DNA of 64,000 nucleotides from a virus (Duplodnaviria > Caudoviricetes), in the IMG/VR virus record IMGVR_UViG_642918884_000001, positions 6,111 to 70,110 of that record; one strand, 5' to 3'. The notes beneath the pieces are model-generated. The model did not search any database, was not told the DNA's origin, and saw only the letters and a program-made list of their open reading frames with translations. A program made the translations under genes and the position numbers. Shown piece after piece: positions 47,469 through 57,375 of this stretch; position 1 is the stretch's first letter, and each line of letters starts with the position of its first letter.

Positions 47469-47658
47469 TTGAAGACTGGAACGGGAACCTGTAATAGTAG
47501 GATCGTAGACATTAAGTCCTTACAGCGAACCTAGCGCAGATATCAAACCCGTCTTGAACGGTAACGATGACTCTGAGAAACGCTAACAGGTGGGAATCTC
47601 TAAGGCCCGTCACTGATCTAGTACCCCGGCGCTACGGTTGGTCCCCGTTCCTCTTCAA
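47469..47658 (+). ncRNA. Candidate ~190-nt structured RNA
   Basis: Ends pair (TTGAAGA/TCTTCAA, GGAACGGG/CCCGTTCC); internal CTGTAA/TTACAG; no credible ORF. Confidence 0.55.
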
Positions 47659-47682
47659 AATCGTTTAGAAACGGACACATTC

Positions 47683-47910
47683 GTGGGAAACAAACTTTAC
47701 TGCATCACTCGTGAGGACGTGATCGTCCAAACGCGAGACTATTTCGTTCTGGCCGAAGACAAAGACGCGGCCGATTCCAAAGTCACCAACGGCATGTTCC
47801 TGTCGGAATCCGAAGCCGTGACCGTCGATACGCAAGCCAGCCGGACACTGGACATTGTGGAAATCGACCCCAATCGCGCCGAAGACGAGAACGGAAACTT
47901 GCTGCCGTGA
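47683..47910 (+). CDS. Hypothetical protein
   Basis: GTG preceded by GAAACGGACACATTC. Confidence 0.7.
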   Translation: MGNKLYCITREDVIVQTRDYFVLAEDKDAADSKVTNGMFLSESEAVTVDTQASRTLDIVEIDPNRAEDENGNLLP

Positions 47911-48230
47911 AATTCGAAGAAGAAGCCCGACCGGGCGTGAATTCCGAAGAGGTCACAGAGGTTTTGCTACGGGATCAGCACTGGTATCCCGTGCGCGACA
48001 ACTCATTTCGCATTTTCTCCCCCGTCGAAGCGGGCCACCGTGCGCGTTCGGGAAATCAAGCAGGCGCGTATTTACGCTTCCGGAACCTCGAAACTGGCAT
48101 GTGGATCGAAGCTCCACTTTCGTCGCTGGTCGCGGTAGGATATCCAGATCCGGAGCGTGTCAACGAGATACGTAAAATTCGCGAACGGGAGGTCGCGAAT
48201 TCTGAAACGGACGGAGGAAAGGGGAAATGA
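47907..48230 (+). CDS. Hypothetical protein
   Basis: GTGA/ATGA coupling. Confidence 0.7.
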   Translation: MKFEEEARPGVNSEEVTEVLLRDQHWYPVRDNSFRIFSPVEAGHRARSGNQAGAYLRFRNLETGMWIEAPLSSLVAVGYPDPERVNEIRKIREREVANSETDGGKGK

Positions 48231-48649
48231 ATATGACAAACTTGGACGAAGGCGCGATTCGTCACCTGATCAGCATCCACGAGGAAGCGATCTCCCAACT
48301 GAAACTTCAAATCGCCCATCGCCCAAGCGAACCGGCAAATCAGGATGAGAAGTTTCCCCCGGCAGTCGGTTTCTTCCGCCCGTCTCGGGACTACCCCGGT
48401 GACCCCACCGTAGACCGCCCGTTCGTGGCGATCCGGTACAGCGTGGGGCAGTGGTACATCAACCGGGGTGGTGGCGCTCCCTCTGGCCCGATGACATGGG
48501 ACGAACTCTTGGACTGGATCGGGGTCGCGCACTGGAAAACCATTGCGCCGCTCATCCCGGCAGAGCGATCCAACCCAAACACCGGCCAGAATGTCGGCAG
48601 GCGTGTTGAGCGTGTCGAACCGAAGAATTCTGGAATCGACCTAGACTGA
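48227..48649 (+). CDS. Hypothetical protein
   Basis: GGAGGAAAGGGG RBS. Confidence 0.75.
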   Translation: MNMTNLDEGAIRHLISIHEEAISQLKLQIAHRPSEPANQDEKFPPAVGFFRPSRDYPGDPTVDRPFVAIRYSVGQWYINRGGGAPSGPMTWDELLDWIGVAHWKTIAPLIPAERSNPNTGQNVGRRVERVEPKNSGIDLD

Positions 48650-48680
48650 CGTGGGAGAGAATCGGACGAAAGCGCATGGA

Positions 48681-51600
48681 ATGGAATTCGTTTCATTCCA
48701 TACGCATTCCACGTTTAGTTACGGAGACGGCTTTGGCTCGGTCGAAGCACATGTGCAAAGGGTGGCTGCGCTTGGTATGTCCGCAGTGGCCTTGTCCGAG
48801 CATGGCAATGTGTCGTCCCACGTCCAGCTTGAGCGCGAGTGCAACAAAGCCGGAATCAAGCCAATCTTCGGAATCGAAGCATATTTCGGACCCGTTTCCG
48901 AAGAAAAGCGAACTCAGTCCAAGACCCACCTAACGATTTTCGCGATGGACGAAGAGGGCTATCGAAACCTGAATCGTCTTGTGACACAAAGCTGGCTGGA
49001 TTTCTATCAGTATCCGACCGTCTCGTGGGAGAATTTGAGGAAACATAGTGCCGGTCTCGCAGTCTTTTCCGGTTGTGCCGATTCTCTCGCGTCATGCACG
49101 CTCTTGGGTGGAAAGTTCCTTGGTCCCCGGCGAGACCCTGAACTCGATTCCTCCAAACGTCAGAAAGCGGTTCATCGGGTATTGGCACGGTTCACCGATG
49201 TTTTTGAGGACCGATTCTTTCTGGAAACTCAAAGATTTCCTGGCCTGCCTAGAACTCGTGCGATCAATGCGGAGTTCGCCAGAATTGCGCGCGACACAGG
49301 AATACCGCTTATTGCGACGGCTGACGTCCACTATCCCTTTCCACACCAGAACATCATGCAGACGGCGCTTCATGCTGCGCACCGTGGCGGGTCTGTCGCG
49401 ACTGTGGACGCTGAATGGGAATATGACATTCTTCTGACCTATCCGGAATCCGACGAAGAAATCATCAAAGATCTTGTCGGAACTGGACTTTCGGAAGACG
49501 AGGCCAAGCAGGCAGTAGCCAATACCGCCGAACTCGCGAAGCGCTGCAATGTCGAACTTCCGAAGGCTAAGCCGATCCGGTTCCCCGGTGTCAAGATCGA
49601 CAAGGCGATGCTGTGCGGTCCGAAGGCACCGAGCGAAGGCGACAAAGAAGAGGTTCGCAAGTTCGCGACTCAGCTCTACATGATGAACGAAATCAAAAAG
49701 GGCTGGAAATACCGCTGCAAGCAGCGACCCGAAATCGCTAAGCGCGCAAAGGAATACAGTCGCCGGATCAGCTACGAAATGTCTGTGATTTCCGAAAAAG
49801 ACTTCATGGACTACTTTTTGGTGAACTCAGATCTGGTGTCCTACACCAAAGATCAGGGTAAGGGGGTCGGACCCGCCAGAGGCTCGGCAGCCGGTTCGCT
49901 GGTCTGCTATCTGTTGCGGATTACCGAGATCGACCCTCTGTACCCGGTTTTCAATAAAATGATCTTTGAGCGTTTCATCGACAAAACGCGCGAGGACATG
50001 CCCGATATCGATCTGGACTTCGACCCCGAAGCCCGACCGGTCATCGTGCAGCGCGCCGTGGATCTGTACGGACAGGATCACGTCGCCAACGTCGGAAACC
50101 ACATGGGATACCGTGGCGTTTCTGCCATGAACGCAATGGCGAAAGCACATGCGTTGCCGCAGAACACATTTAAGGCGATCAAAGATCGGATTCAGGACCG
50201 CACCGAGACCGACGAGCGCGTTGACGACACGATTCTTGACGTGCTCGAATCCTACGGCGACAACCCCGACGTGGCGAAAGTTGTTGAGGCACACCCGAAT
50301 CCGGTGAAACTGGCAACGTGGCTCGAAGGGAACAAGCGCGGTCTCGGCGTTCACGCTGCCGGATTCGTGATTGGTTCCGAGCCGATTCCGGACACGTGCG
50401 CGATCTACTCTCGTGAGTCCGGTTCTGGCCGAAAACGCAAGACTGTCACCGTGATTCCGTACGATAAGCGAGACGCGGAATATCTCGGCTTGCTCAAAAA
50501 TGACTTCCTTGGCCTGCTCACCATTGGCGTGATTCGTCGCGCTGCCGAAATGGTCGGTATGACAATGGAAGACATGTACACCTTGCTCCCACCGGAAGGC
50601 GATCTTCGCGACTATGACCACTCCCGACCAGTCATCGAAGGATTCCTCAACGACGATCTCGTTGGAATTTTTCAATTTGAAGGGGGAACGACTCGCGGCG
50701 TTCTCAGAGACGTTGTGCCCACAGAATTTCGACACCTTGCGGATATCAATGCTCTCTCGCGACCCGGCCCGAAATATGGAGGCCAAACTGAACGCTACAT
50801 TGCCGTTAAAGCGGGTGAAGAGGAACTAGAAAGCATCCATCCGCTTTTCGATCAGCACGTCGAATGGACGTACGGCCAGATCGTGTATCAGGAACAGATC
50901 ATGTTCATCTTGCGCGATCTGGCCGGATTCCCCATCGAAAAAGTGCTGAAAGTTCGAAAGATCATCGGTAAGAAGCTCGGCGAACACCAGTTCGCGGCGC
51001 TGTGGGAAGATTTCAAAAACGGTTGCGCCACAAACGGAGTAGACGAAAACACAGCACGGCGTGTGTGGGGTGGCATCACCAGTGCGGCAGGCTACGCCTT
51101 TAACACGAGCCACAGTTACAGCTATTCATGGATTGCGTGGCAGTCCATGTGGCTGAAAGTTCATTATCCGGCAGCGTTTTTCGCGTCGTCGCTTTCGTTC
51201 AACGGTGACGGCAAAGAAGACAAACCACGCCGAACCGCTCTGATTCAGGACGCGATCGCACACGAAATCAAGGTTCTCCCAATCGATCCGAGCCGGTCGG
51301 GGGAGAACTGGGATATCGAACGGCAAATGCCTGGTGTTGACGCTGGCGCAATTCGTCCCGGTTTTATCCAGATTCCGAAAGTCGGCGAAGCGACGGCGAG
51401 TGACATCGTTGCGTGGCGTGACGATCTCGACCAGCAGCACAACAAGGCGTACGGCTTGATCAAATGGGACGATCTGCGCGCCGTCAAGGGTGTTGGTCCG
51501 AGCACGGTTGCCAAGATGATGATGTTCGCCGAATCGCCAGATCCGTTCGAAATCAACAGAGTTCACGATCAGCTCGCAGCGTTCCGAAAGCAGATGGAAT

Positions 51601-51995
51601 CCGGAGCGTTCGACAATTCGCCGCTTCCGAGCATCGAAGAGTTCTACATGTCGGACGAACTTCCCGACGACGATCATTGCGCGTGGGTCGGTTTCGTGCA
51701 GACCAAGATATTCCGAGACGAAATCGAACAGATTCGGTCCAAGACTGGCAAGTCGGTCGAAGAGATCAAGGCCGAACTGTCGGACGCGGAGCTGACTAAA
51801 AAGGTTGTCATGTTCGCGTTCGATGAGAACGGCGAAGTGGCACTTCGGATTAACCGCTGGCGTCTGCCTAAGCTTGCCCCGGCAGTGGAGGCGATCAAAG
51901 AGGACTTTCATTTGGTCGTAGGATGGGGCAAAGTGTACGAAAGCAAGTCTCGCTCAATGCAAGTCAAAGCGCTCTGGCTACTCGACCCAGATTAG
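48681..51995 (+). CDS. dnaE: DNA polymerase III alpha subunit (DnaE-like, family C)
   Basis: PHP domain FHTHSTFSYGDG; GPARGSAAGSLVCYLLRIT; catalytic PDIDLDF; GIFQFEG; GYAFNTSH. Confidence 0.95.
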   Translation: MEFVSFHTHSTFSYGDGFGSVEAHVQRVAALGMSAVALSEHGNVSSHVQLERECNKAGIKPIFGIEAYFGPVSEEKRTQSKTHLTIFAMDEEGYRNLNRLVTQSWLDFYQYPTVSWENLRKHSAGLAVFSGCADSLASCTLLGGKFLGPRRDPELDSSKRQKAVHRVLARFTDVFEDRFFLETQRFPGLPRTRAINAEFARIARDTGIPLIATADVHYPFPHQNIMQTALHAAHRGGSVATVDAEWEYDILLTYPESDEEIIKDLVGTGLSEDEAKQAVANTAELAKRCNVELPKAKPIRFPGVKIDKAMLCGPKAPSEGDKEEVRKFATQLYMMNEIKKGWKYRCKQRPEIAKRAKEYSRRISYEMSVISEKDFMDYFLVNSDLVSYTKDQGKGVGPARGSAAGSLVCYLLRITEIDPLYPVFNKMIFERFIDKTREDMPDIDLDFDPEARPVIVQRAVDLYGQDHVANVGNHMGYRGVSAMNAMAKAHALPQNTFKAIKDRIQDRTETDERVDDTILDVLESYGDNPDVAKVVEAHPNPVKLATWLEGNKRGLGVHAAGFVIGSEPIPDTCAIYSRESGSGRKRKTVTVIPYDKRDAEYLGLLKNDFLGLLTIGVIRRAAEMVGMTMEDMYTLLPPEGDLRDYDHSRPVIEGFLNDDLVGIFQFEGGTTRGVLRDVVPTEFRHLADINALSRPGPKYGGQTERYIAVKAGEEELESIHPLFDQHVEWTYGQIVYQEQIMFILRDLAGFPIEKVLKVRKIIGKKLGEHQFAALWEDFKNGCATNGVDENTARRVWGGITSAAGYAFNTSHSYSYSWIAWQSMWLKVHYPAAFFASSLSFNGDGKEDKPRRTALIQDAIAHEIKVLPIDPSRSGENWDIERQMPGVDAGAIRPGFIQIPKVGEATASDIVAWRDDLDQQHNKAYGLIKWDDLRAVKGVGPSTVAKMMMFAESPDPFEINRVHDQLAAFRKQMESGAFDNSPLPSIEEFYMSDELPDDDHCAWVGFVQTKIFRDEIEQIRSKTGKSVEEIKAELSDAELTKKVVMFAFDENGEVALRINRWRLPKLAPAVEAIKEDFHLVVGWGKVYESKSRSMQVKALWLLDPD

Positions 51996-52019
51996 CCAGT
52001 CGATTCGAAAGGAAATTCC

Positions 52020-52919
52020 GTGGGAAAGAAGAAGAGTAACGCAGCGAAGAAGCGGGCCGACCATCGTCGGCAGGCTCGTGTCACTGCGCGCGAGTCCGAA
52101 AGGGCGAAGAGTCGCGAGAAGGCGACGAAGTTCACTCAGTCGTTGCAGACTTTCAACGAAAGGCTGAAAGCGATTGCGGCGGAACAGAAGGAAAAGGTCG
52201 AACAGGCCGATCCGGCGCAGCCATCCGGAACGCTGCCGAAGCCCGATTGGCAAGGGCAGGACAAGACCGGAAACGGCGAATTCATCTACTGGCGTTGGGA
52301 TATCACCAGCGATCAGGCATCGGTGAACGCGCACTACTACCTCACCGACTCCGACGACGGACGGTTCACACGAGGCGATTTCATCGTCACCGTGCGTATG
52401 GTCGCGAACGAAGAGATTTTCAGCGCCGAGGAATCCCGTCGATTCGGCGAAGCGCTGATCTCGGCCTATGCTTGGAAACAGGTGTGGCGCAACTTCACTG
52501 GCGAATACATCGCAAATGGTGGCTGGTCGAACGAAGTTCTCGAAGCTGCAAAGCGCTCGGAGGAAATCGAGAACGAGCTTAATCGTGTCGAAACAGAGAA
52601 CAACGCCGTTGCCGACATGGAGCGCGAGAAGCCGTCTGTTCGTATCGAACATCTGCATATCCACGACGACGGCATGATCGGCACATCGCCGAATTGCCCT
52701 GGTGGCGAACCGATCACCGGTCCAGAGCTACAGCACGACAACCGGACAACACCGCGCAAGCGTGCGCCGTGGTGCCGTGGATCGGAAGCCTTGCGCGCCG
52801 ACAACAAGGTTCTCTGCCGCACGTGCGGACGCGAAGACGTTTTCCGCGAAGACGGTTCGATGAAACGCCACGAGTTCCGTCCGGTTCCAGATTTCAGGAA
52901 TGCGCGGAACATTCCATGA
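52020..52919 (+). CDS. Hypothetical protein (basic N-terminus, C-terminal Zn ribbon)
   Basis: GAAAGGA RBS; WCRGS...CRTCGR...H. Confidence 0.75.
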   Translation: MGKKKSNAAKKRADHRRQARVTARESERAKSREKATKFTQSLQTFNERLKAIAAEQKEKVEQADPAQPSGTLPKPDWQGQDKTGNGEFIYWRWDITSDQASVNAHYYLTDSDDGRFTRGDFIVTVRMVANEEIFSAEESRRFGEALISAYAWKQVWRNFTGEYIANGGWSNEVLEAAKRSEEIENELNRVETENNAVADMEREKPSVRIEHLHIHDDGMIGTSPNCPGGEPITGPELQHDNRTTPRKRAPWCRGSEALRADNKVLCRTCGREDVFREDGSMKRHEFRPVPDFRNARNIP

Positions 52920-53272
52920 GCAGAAGGTTTCACGGATACAACAGAGTTGCAGAGGAATTGCGCGGCAGCCAAGTTGAGATCAGCAACGGGGTCGATCACC
53001 CCTTGTTTCCAGTTTTCACAGAAACCTCGAAACACACGAATCCTCTTGAGTCGCCGCGCAATATCAGCATGACAATGTTGATAAATGCGTGCAATCAAGA
53101 CATCAACGCAAGTCTGATTCTCACGTTTCGGCTCGAAGAGGTTCAAGCAGATATCTCTGGCTATGGCGCACTTTCGTGCAAAAGCCTGTGGCTGCCGACC
53201 CCAATTTCCAGCGAAGAGAACACGCAGTACATCTGGCAAAGGAACGATATTCCCCGTGCTCCCAACACTTGA
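52916..53272 (+). CDS. Hypothetical protein
   Basis: ATGA coupling; fills the gap before the RuvC-like gene; codon usage is atypical. Confidence 0.5.
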   Translation: MSRRFHGYNRVAEELRGSQVEISNGVDHPLFPVFTETSKHTNPLESPRNISMTMLINACNQDINASLILTFRLEEVQADISGYGALSCKSLWLPTPISSEENTQYIWQRNDIPRAPNT

Positions 53273-54011
53273 CCAAACTGTTTCGGTGCTGGCGTTCGAC
53301 CCCGGTGGGACTACGGGGTGGGCGGTGATCACCGTTCCGGCGCTCGCGCTGATCGGCGCTGCCGCTGGCTATCACGGCAAGCCACCGCTGACGACCGCTG
53401 ACCCTGGTGGCTCGTTTCTCAAGGTTGGCCCGTTGCACCAAGAGATCACGTATTTCGATTGCGGCCAAATCGACTGTGGGACAGGTGGTCACGGGCACGA
53501 ACATGCGGTCGGCAGAGGTCACGGCGAGGTTAACATTGCCGGTGAAATCATGGGAACGTACCAAATGGCAACCTTGGCGCTCAAGAGTTTTCCGGATTCT
53601 GCCGTGGTTCTAGAGGAATTCACTCTCGAACAGAACAACAAGCACGCGGATCTGCTTCTGCCGGTTCGGGTTATGGCCGGATTCTGGAATCAACTTTCTG
53701 TCCGTGAGCCGGATTTTCACCTTGGACTTCATCCGGTAAATCGCATTTTCATCAACAGGCGAGTGGACGCGAAAACCGTTGTGAAGGACGAACGTCTGCG
53801 CGCGTGGAAACTGTACCGGCGCGACTCTGGTCCGCACGCCAGAGACGCCACACGGCACGCTTACCACTTCCTACGTCGGTGCCGAGGATCGGCGCTTGCC
53901 GCTCGTGAGCTGCGCTGGCGGGCCTGGCCGCATGCGTTCGAAGATCCGCAAATCGTCCAAAAGCCCAAGCGGGCGAAAAAGTTGGGCGAACGAATTGAAT
54001 TTCTGAAGTAA
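53256..54011 (+). CDS. RuvC-like Holliday junction resolvase
   Basis: VLAFDPGGTTGWA, VVLEEF and HARDATRHA catalytic motifs; AAAGGA RBS before GTG 53256. Confidence 0.85.
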   Translation: MLPTLDQTVSVLAFDPGGTTGWAVITVPALALIGAAAGYHGKPPLTTADPGGSFLKVGPLHQEITYFDCGQIDCGTGGHGHEHAVGRGHGEVNIAGEIMGTYQMATLALKSFPDSAVVLEEFTLEQNNKHADLLLPVRVMAGFWNQLSVREPDFHLGLHPVNRIFINRRVDAKTVVKDERLRAWKLYRRDSGPHARDATRHAYHFLRRCRGSALAARELRWRAWPHAFEDPQIVQKPKRAKKLGERIEFLK

Positions 54012-54052
54012 ATCAGGAAACCGATCTCGCGTCCGCGAGTTTCGGTATCGCG

Positions 54053-54081
54053 TTGACTTAGGCTAGCCCATAGGCTAGGCT
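54053..54081 (+). promoter_or_regulatory. SigA promoter with CTTAGGCTAGCCCA in its spacer
   Basis: TTGACT (54053-58), 17-bp spacer, TAGGCT (54076-81). Confidence 0.75.
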
Positions 54082-54105
54082 GAATGGGTGGAAAGGAACA
54101 CACGC

Positions 54106-54357
54106 ATGAACAACACGAAGGACTCGGCAGCCCACAAGCAGCCGGTTCTCGATCTGGCCGAAAACGATGACCAGCATTTCAAGACGTACATGTCGAAATC
54201 GATGAAGAAGGCAATTCATCGTTTCGCCACGCGTGAGGGAATGACGGACTCCGAGGCCGGTCGATACCTGTTCAAGATCGCATTCCAAGATCCGTCCGTT
54301 TACGGTGGATACGAAGAAATCAATTCGCTGCGGTCGCCGCTGGCCGAACACCGATAG
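54106..54357 (+). CDS. Ribbon-helix-helix DNA-binding protein
   Basis: HFKTYMSKSMKKAIHRFATREGMTDSEAGRYLF fits the RHH pattern; GAAAGGA RBS. Confidence 0.7.
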   Translation: MNNTKDSAAHKQPVLDLAENDDQHFKTYMSKSMKKAIHRFATREGMTDSEAGRYLFKIAFQDPSVYGGYEEINSLRSPLAEHR

Positions 54358-54360
54358 CCA

Positions 54361-54657
54361 GTGAGCGCCACGTGGGCGTGGGTCATCCTCATGTGGGTGA
54401 TGGCCGCAGGCCCGTATCTCGCACGGCGCGCGTTGTCGCTTCCGGCAGGGCTAAGCGCACGCCGTACCGATAACATGAGGCGCAAAAAGCTCGAAACGCT
54501 CCAACGAGAAGAAACACTCAGAGAATTCCACGCATACCAGGAATGCCCGAATTGCCGAAAGTTCGACTGGCACTGGATCAAGCGCGGTTACATCGGGGAA
54601 CTGTACAGAGAGTGCAGAAATCCGAAATGCGGATACACATGGAGGCAACACAAGTGA
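54361..54657 (+). CDS. Membrane-anchored Zn-ribbon protein
   Basis: N-terminal TM; CPNC...CRNPKCG. Confidence 0.7.
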   Translation: MSATWAWVILMWVMAAGPYLARRALSLPAGLSARRTDNMRRKKLETLQREETLREFHAYQECPNCRKFDWHWIKRGYIGELYRECRNPKCGYTWRQHK

Positions 54658-55004
54658 GTAACAGAGACTTCCTGATTCTGGACGAAGCGTGCTTCGATCC
54701 GCAGTTGGGAAGACCCGCCAAGGCGGTCGTCAACGTAAATTCGATCACTTCCGTTCAGGAATGCGTCTTTGACGATTTCGTCACGATGGACAAGCAGGAA
54801 ACTTTCGTCGGATCGGTCGTGGCCGTCAACGCCGGAACAACCGTGGTGCTCAAGGTCCGTGACAAGGTGCAGGACATCTTGATCAACATCATGGAACTGA
54901 CCCACGGCAAGAATTTCCGGATCGAAGACGGCTGGCACGATCAGTTCGAAGTGAAAGCCACGCCGGAATCCCCTTCGAACAACGTGGATTCGGAGACGAA
55001 ATGA
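54654..55004 (+). CDS. Hypothetical protein
   Basis: GGAGG RBS; GTGA coupling. Confidence 0.7.
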   Translation: MSNRDFLILDEACFDPQLGRPAKAVVNVNSITSVQECVFDDFVTMDKQETFVGSVVAVNAGTTVVLKVRDKVQDILINIMELTHGKNFRIEDGWHDQFEVKATPESPSNNVDSETK

Positions 55005-55375
55005 GCCGATACCGGATGATCGCGCGCGAAGATCTGGAACTCAAGATGAAAGCCGTTGCGTCGGAACTGGAAAAGGAACGCAACCGCATGTATCACGCTC
55101 TCGACGTTCTGCCGGTCAAGGACTTCGAAGCGCGCGATGCACTCAACCACGAGATCGCAGCCAGCATCGGCGAACAGCGCGCATGGCGCAAGATGTGGGA
55201 ATGGGTGTCGGAGAACTACCGACCGGAAATCTCGCAGGCGCAACTCAAAGATCAGATCGACGGGGTGAAAGTGGACATGTACCACTGCGCAATCTGCAAG
55301 AAACCCAACGGATCACAGCATGCCGACGATTGCGGCTACGCCGGTCGAACGGTTGCAGGGGCGGTGAAGCAATGA
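55001..55375 (+). CDS. Hypothetical protein
   Basis: GGAGA RBS; CAIC...HADDC. Confidence 0.75.
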   Translation: MSRYRMIAREDLELKMKAVASELEKERNRMYHALDVLPVKDFEARDALNHEIAASIGEQRAWRKMWEWVSENYRPEISQAQLKDQIDGVKVDMYHCAICKKPNGSQHADDCGYAGRTVAGAVKQ

Positions 55376-55881
55376 GCGATTTGATCCGAGAGCACCGTTT
55401 CGTCGGAAAGCGCGAATGGGGTTTGGTCGCACCGCACGACGCGCCGTGCCAGTATCGCGACGTTCCGCAGGGCCAGCGGTGTGCGACCGGCGTTCCGATT
55501 TGCGGTGCGCCCCAACACATGCACGCGATGCCTTGCCAGTCAGCGCTCAATATCGCCGGGGAGCACTTCTCTTGCGATTGGCCGACCGACGCCAACGGCA
55601 AGCACGACGGTTGGGCGCACACCAACAAGGCCGCGCAAGCGGTGTGGGGCGAGGGTCGCGTGAAAACCGATTTCGACAACTACCAGAATGCGGTGCGCGG
55701 CGCGAAGCGTTCGGTGGACATTCCGATGCAGACCGACATTCGGCAGCCGTTGCGCGAATTCCTGATCTGGATTGCGGGCAACGAAGGCACGGTTGTCATG
55801 CCAGCGCGAGACGGAGGATACTTCACATTCTCCGAAATCGCAGACACCTACGCAACACTCAAGGAAAGTGGGACCGGATAG
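55372..55881 (+). CDS. Cys/His-rich hypothetical protein
   Basis: ATGA coupling. Confidence 0.7.
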   Translation: MSDLIREHRFVGKREWGLVAPHDAPCQYRDVPQGQRCATGVPICGAPQHMHAMPCQSALNIAGEHFSCDWPTDANGKHDGWAHTNKAAQAVWGEGRVKTDFDNYQNAVRGAKRSVDIPMQTDIRQPLREFLIWIAGNEGTVVMPARDGGYFTFSEIADTYATLKESGTG

Positions 55882-56228
55882 TGCCAACGTACAATCTTGA
55901 TTCCGCACACGGACAGATCCGGATCGAGACGGTCAACGTCTTCGAAATCGAAATGATGGGAGTCGCAGAGCTTTTCGAGCGGATCGCAGACAAGTCCCTG
56001 GACGTTCTAGAGGGATTTCAGATCATGGCCGAAAGTCTGCCTACCCGTGGGGAACTCATTTACCACTGCCTGAACAAACCGTGGGAAAAGCAGAACTGGG
56101 AACTTCTCGCCACAGGATGGCGGGTCACCCGGCGCAAGGTTCGCAAAGCGCGCGCCGAACTCGAAGACATGAAGCATGCGCGATGGGCGCGCAAGCTCAA
56201 CACTGGAAAGGAATTTCGAGCACAATGA
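55881..56228 (+). CDS. Hypothetical protein
   Basis: TAGTG coupling. Confidence 0.65.
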   Translation: MPTYNLDSAHGQIRIETVNVFEIEMMGVAELFERIADKSLDVLEGFQIMAESLPTRGELIYHCLNKPWEKQNWELLATGWRVTRRKVRKARAELEDMKHARWARKLNTGKEFRAQ

Positions 56229-56836
56229 GCGAAGATCGCAAACCGACCGAATCCCAACTCCCCCACGAGGTTCCGGCAGGAGTCGAGACGCCGGTCCCGA
56301 AAGGGATGATTCCCGCAGTCGGTGTTATCCCCCACCCCGACCAGCAGACCTACCCCGGCGTGCTTGTCATGGCACGCAACACCAGCGAAGTCGTGTGCTG
56401 GCACAACAAGGGCTGCACGCGCAAGGGCATCACACCGGCAGGGGTCAAGTTCGACCGCAACGGTGCCCCGTGGTGCCCAACGTGTTTCGCCGAAAACCTG
56501 CATCGTGATCCGGACTGGAATTCCGAGCCGACCCCGGCAATCAACATTCCGGCACCGATCAATTCGCCGAAATCCGAAGCGACAGCAGAGCATCGGGCCG
56601 ACCGCGAAGACCGTCTCGCGGCCATTCGCGCGGCGCGTGAGACCGGTCAGTTCAAAGATCCGGTGACCAAACGTCTCGTCGGAGACGACCGATTGATCAC
56701 CGATCTCGGCGTGATGGCGGAAGATGGAACGATGCTCTCGCCACCGAAAGAAGGCGTGTTCGACACGCCGAATGAGGCCGACGACGAGTCCGAGCAGGCG
56801 TACGAGATTCGACCACCGGAGCGATTCGGGGACTGA
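56225..56836 (+). CDS. Hypothetical protein (Zn-binding motif)
   Basis: ATGA coupling; CWHNKGC...CPTC. Confidence 0.7.
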   Translation: MSEDRKPTESQLPHEVPAGVETPVPKGMIPAVGVIPHPDQQTYPGVLVMARNTSEVVCWHNKGCTRKGITPAGVKFDRNGAPWCPTCFAENLHRDPDWNSEPTPAINIPAPINSPKSEATAEHRADREDRLAAIRAARETGQFKDPVTKRLVGDDRLITDLGVMAEDGTMLSPPKEGVFDTPNEADDESEQAYEIRPPERFGD

Positions 56837-57024
56837 TGCACAATCTCAGTGCGGCAGGGTGCATCCACCGATTCCTGTCGGACGAACACCTAAAGCGTTG
56901 CGGGCGAAAGCAAGTCCCGCTCGTCCGCAACGCGGTGTGTCCGATATGTTCGAAGTTGGACCCGAGAGAATTCCGCGAGGAATACCACAGAATCAAATAC
57001 GGAATACCGAAAAAGAAAGACTGA
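56836..57024 (+). CDS. Small Cys-rich protein
   Basis: TGATG coupling. Confidence 0.6.
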   Translation: MHNLSAAGCIHRFLSDEHLKRCGRKQVPLVRNAVCPICSKLDPREFREEYHRIKYGIPKKKD

Positions 57025-57030
57025 CCGGAC

Positions 57031-57369
57031 ATGCAGATCAATCGCTACTATCTGAAACTCACTGACTACCAGACAATTACGATTCCGTCGGGGTATCAGG
57101 TTCTCTCGGCAGCGCCGGGACGCGACACCTACAACAACCCGATGCTCGGTCGCGCGCCGATTCAGGGAATCGACCTGTGGATCAAGGTCACCGATTCGCC
57201 GCAAGAGATCGGTCTCGGCGTTTACCTGATTGGTACCGGAAACCCTTGGCCGACAATGGGAAAGGGTGGCGCGTGGGTTCCGCTCAACTTCATCGACACG
57301 TGCGTGATGGAGAACGGCCTGGTGTGGCATGTTCACGTCGGCCCGGTTCTCAACGAATTGGAGGGCTAG
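57031..57369 (+). CDS. Hypothetical protein (IxKY.L...GTG.P...VWHV family)
   Basis: INRYYL...LIGTGNPW...LVWHVH. Confidence 0.75.
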   Translation: MQINRYYLKLTDYQTITIPSGYQVLSAAPGRDTYNNPMLGRAPIQGIDLWIKVTDSPQEIGLGVYLIGTGNPWPTMGKGGAWVPLNFIDTCVMENGLVWHVHVGPVLNELEG

Positions 57370-57375
57370 TCGAAC

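Noticed and set aside
47396-47658. tmRNA, standard or permuted
   Set aside because: No CCA end, G3-U70 alanine identity or recognisable tag reading frame
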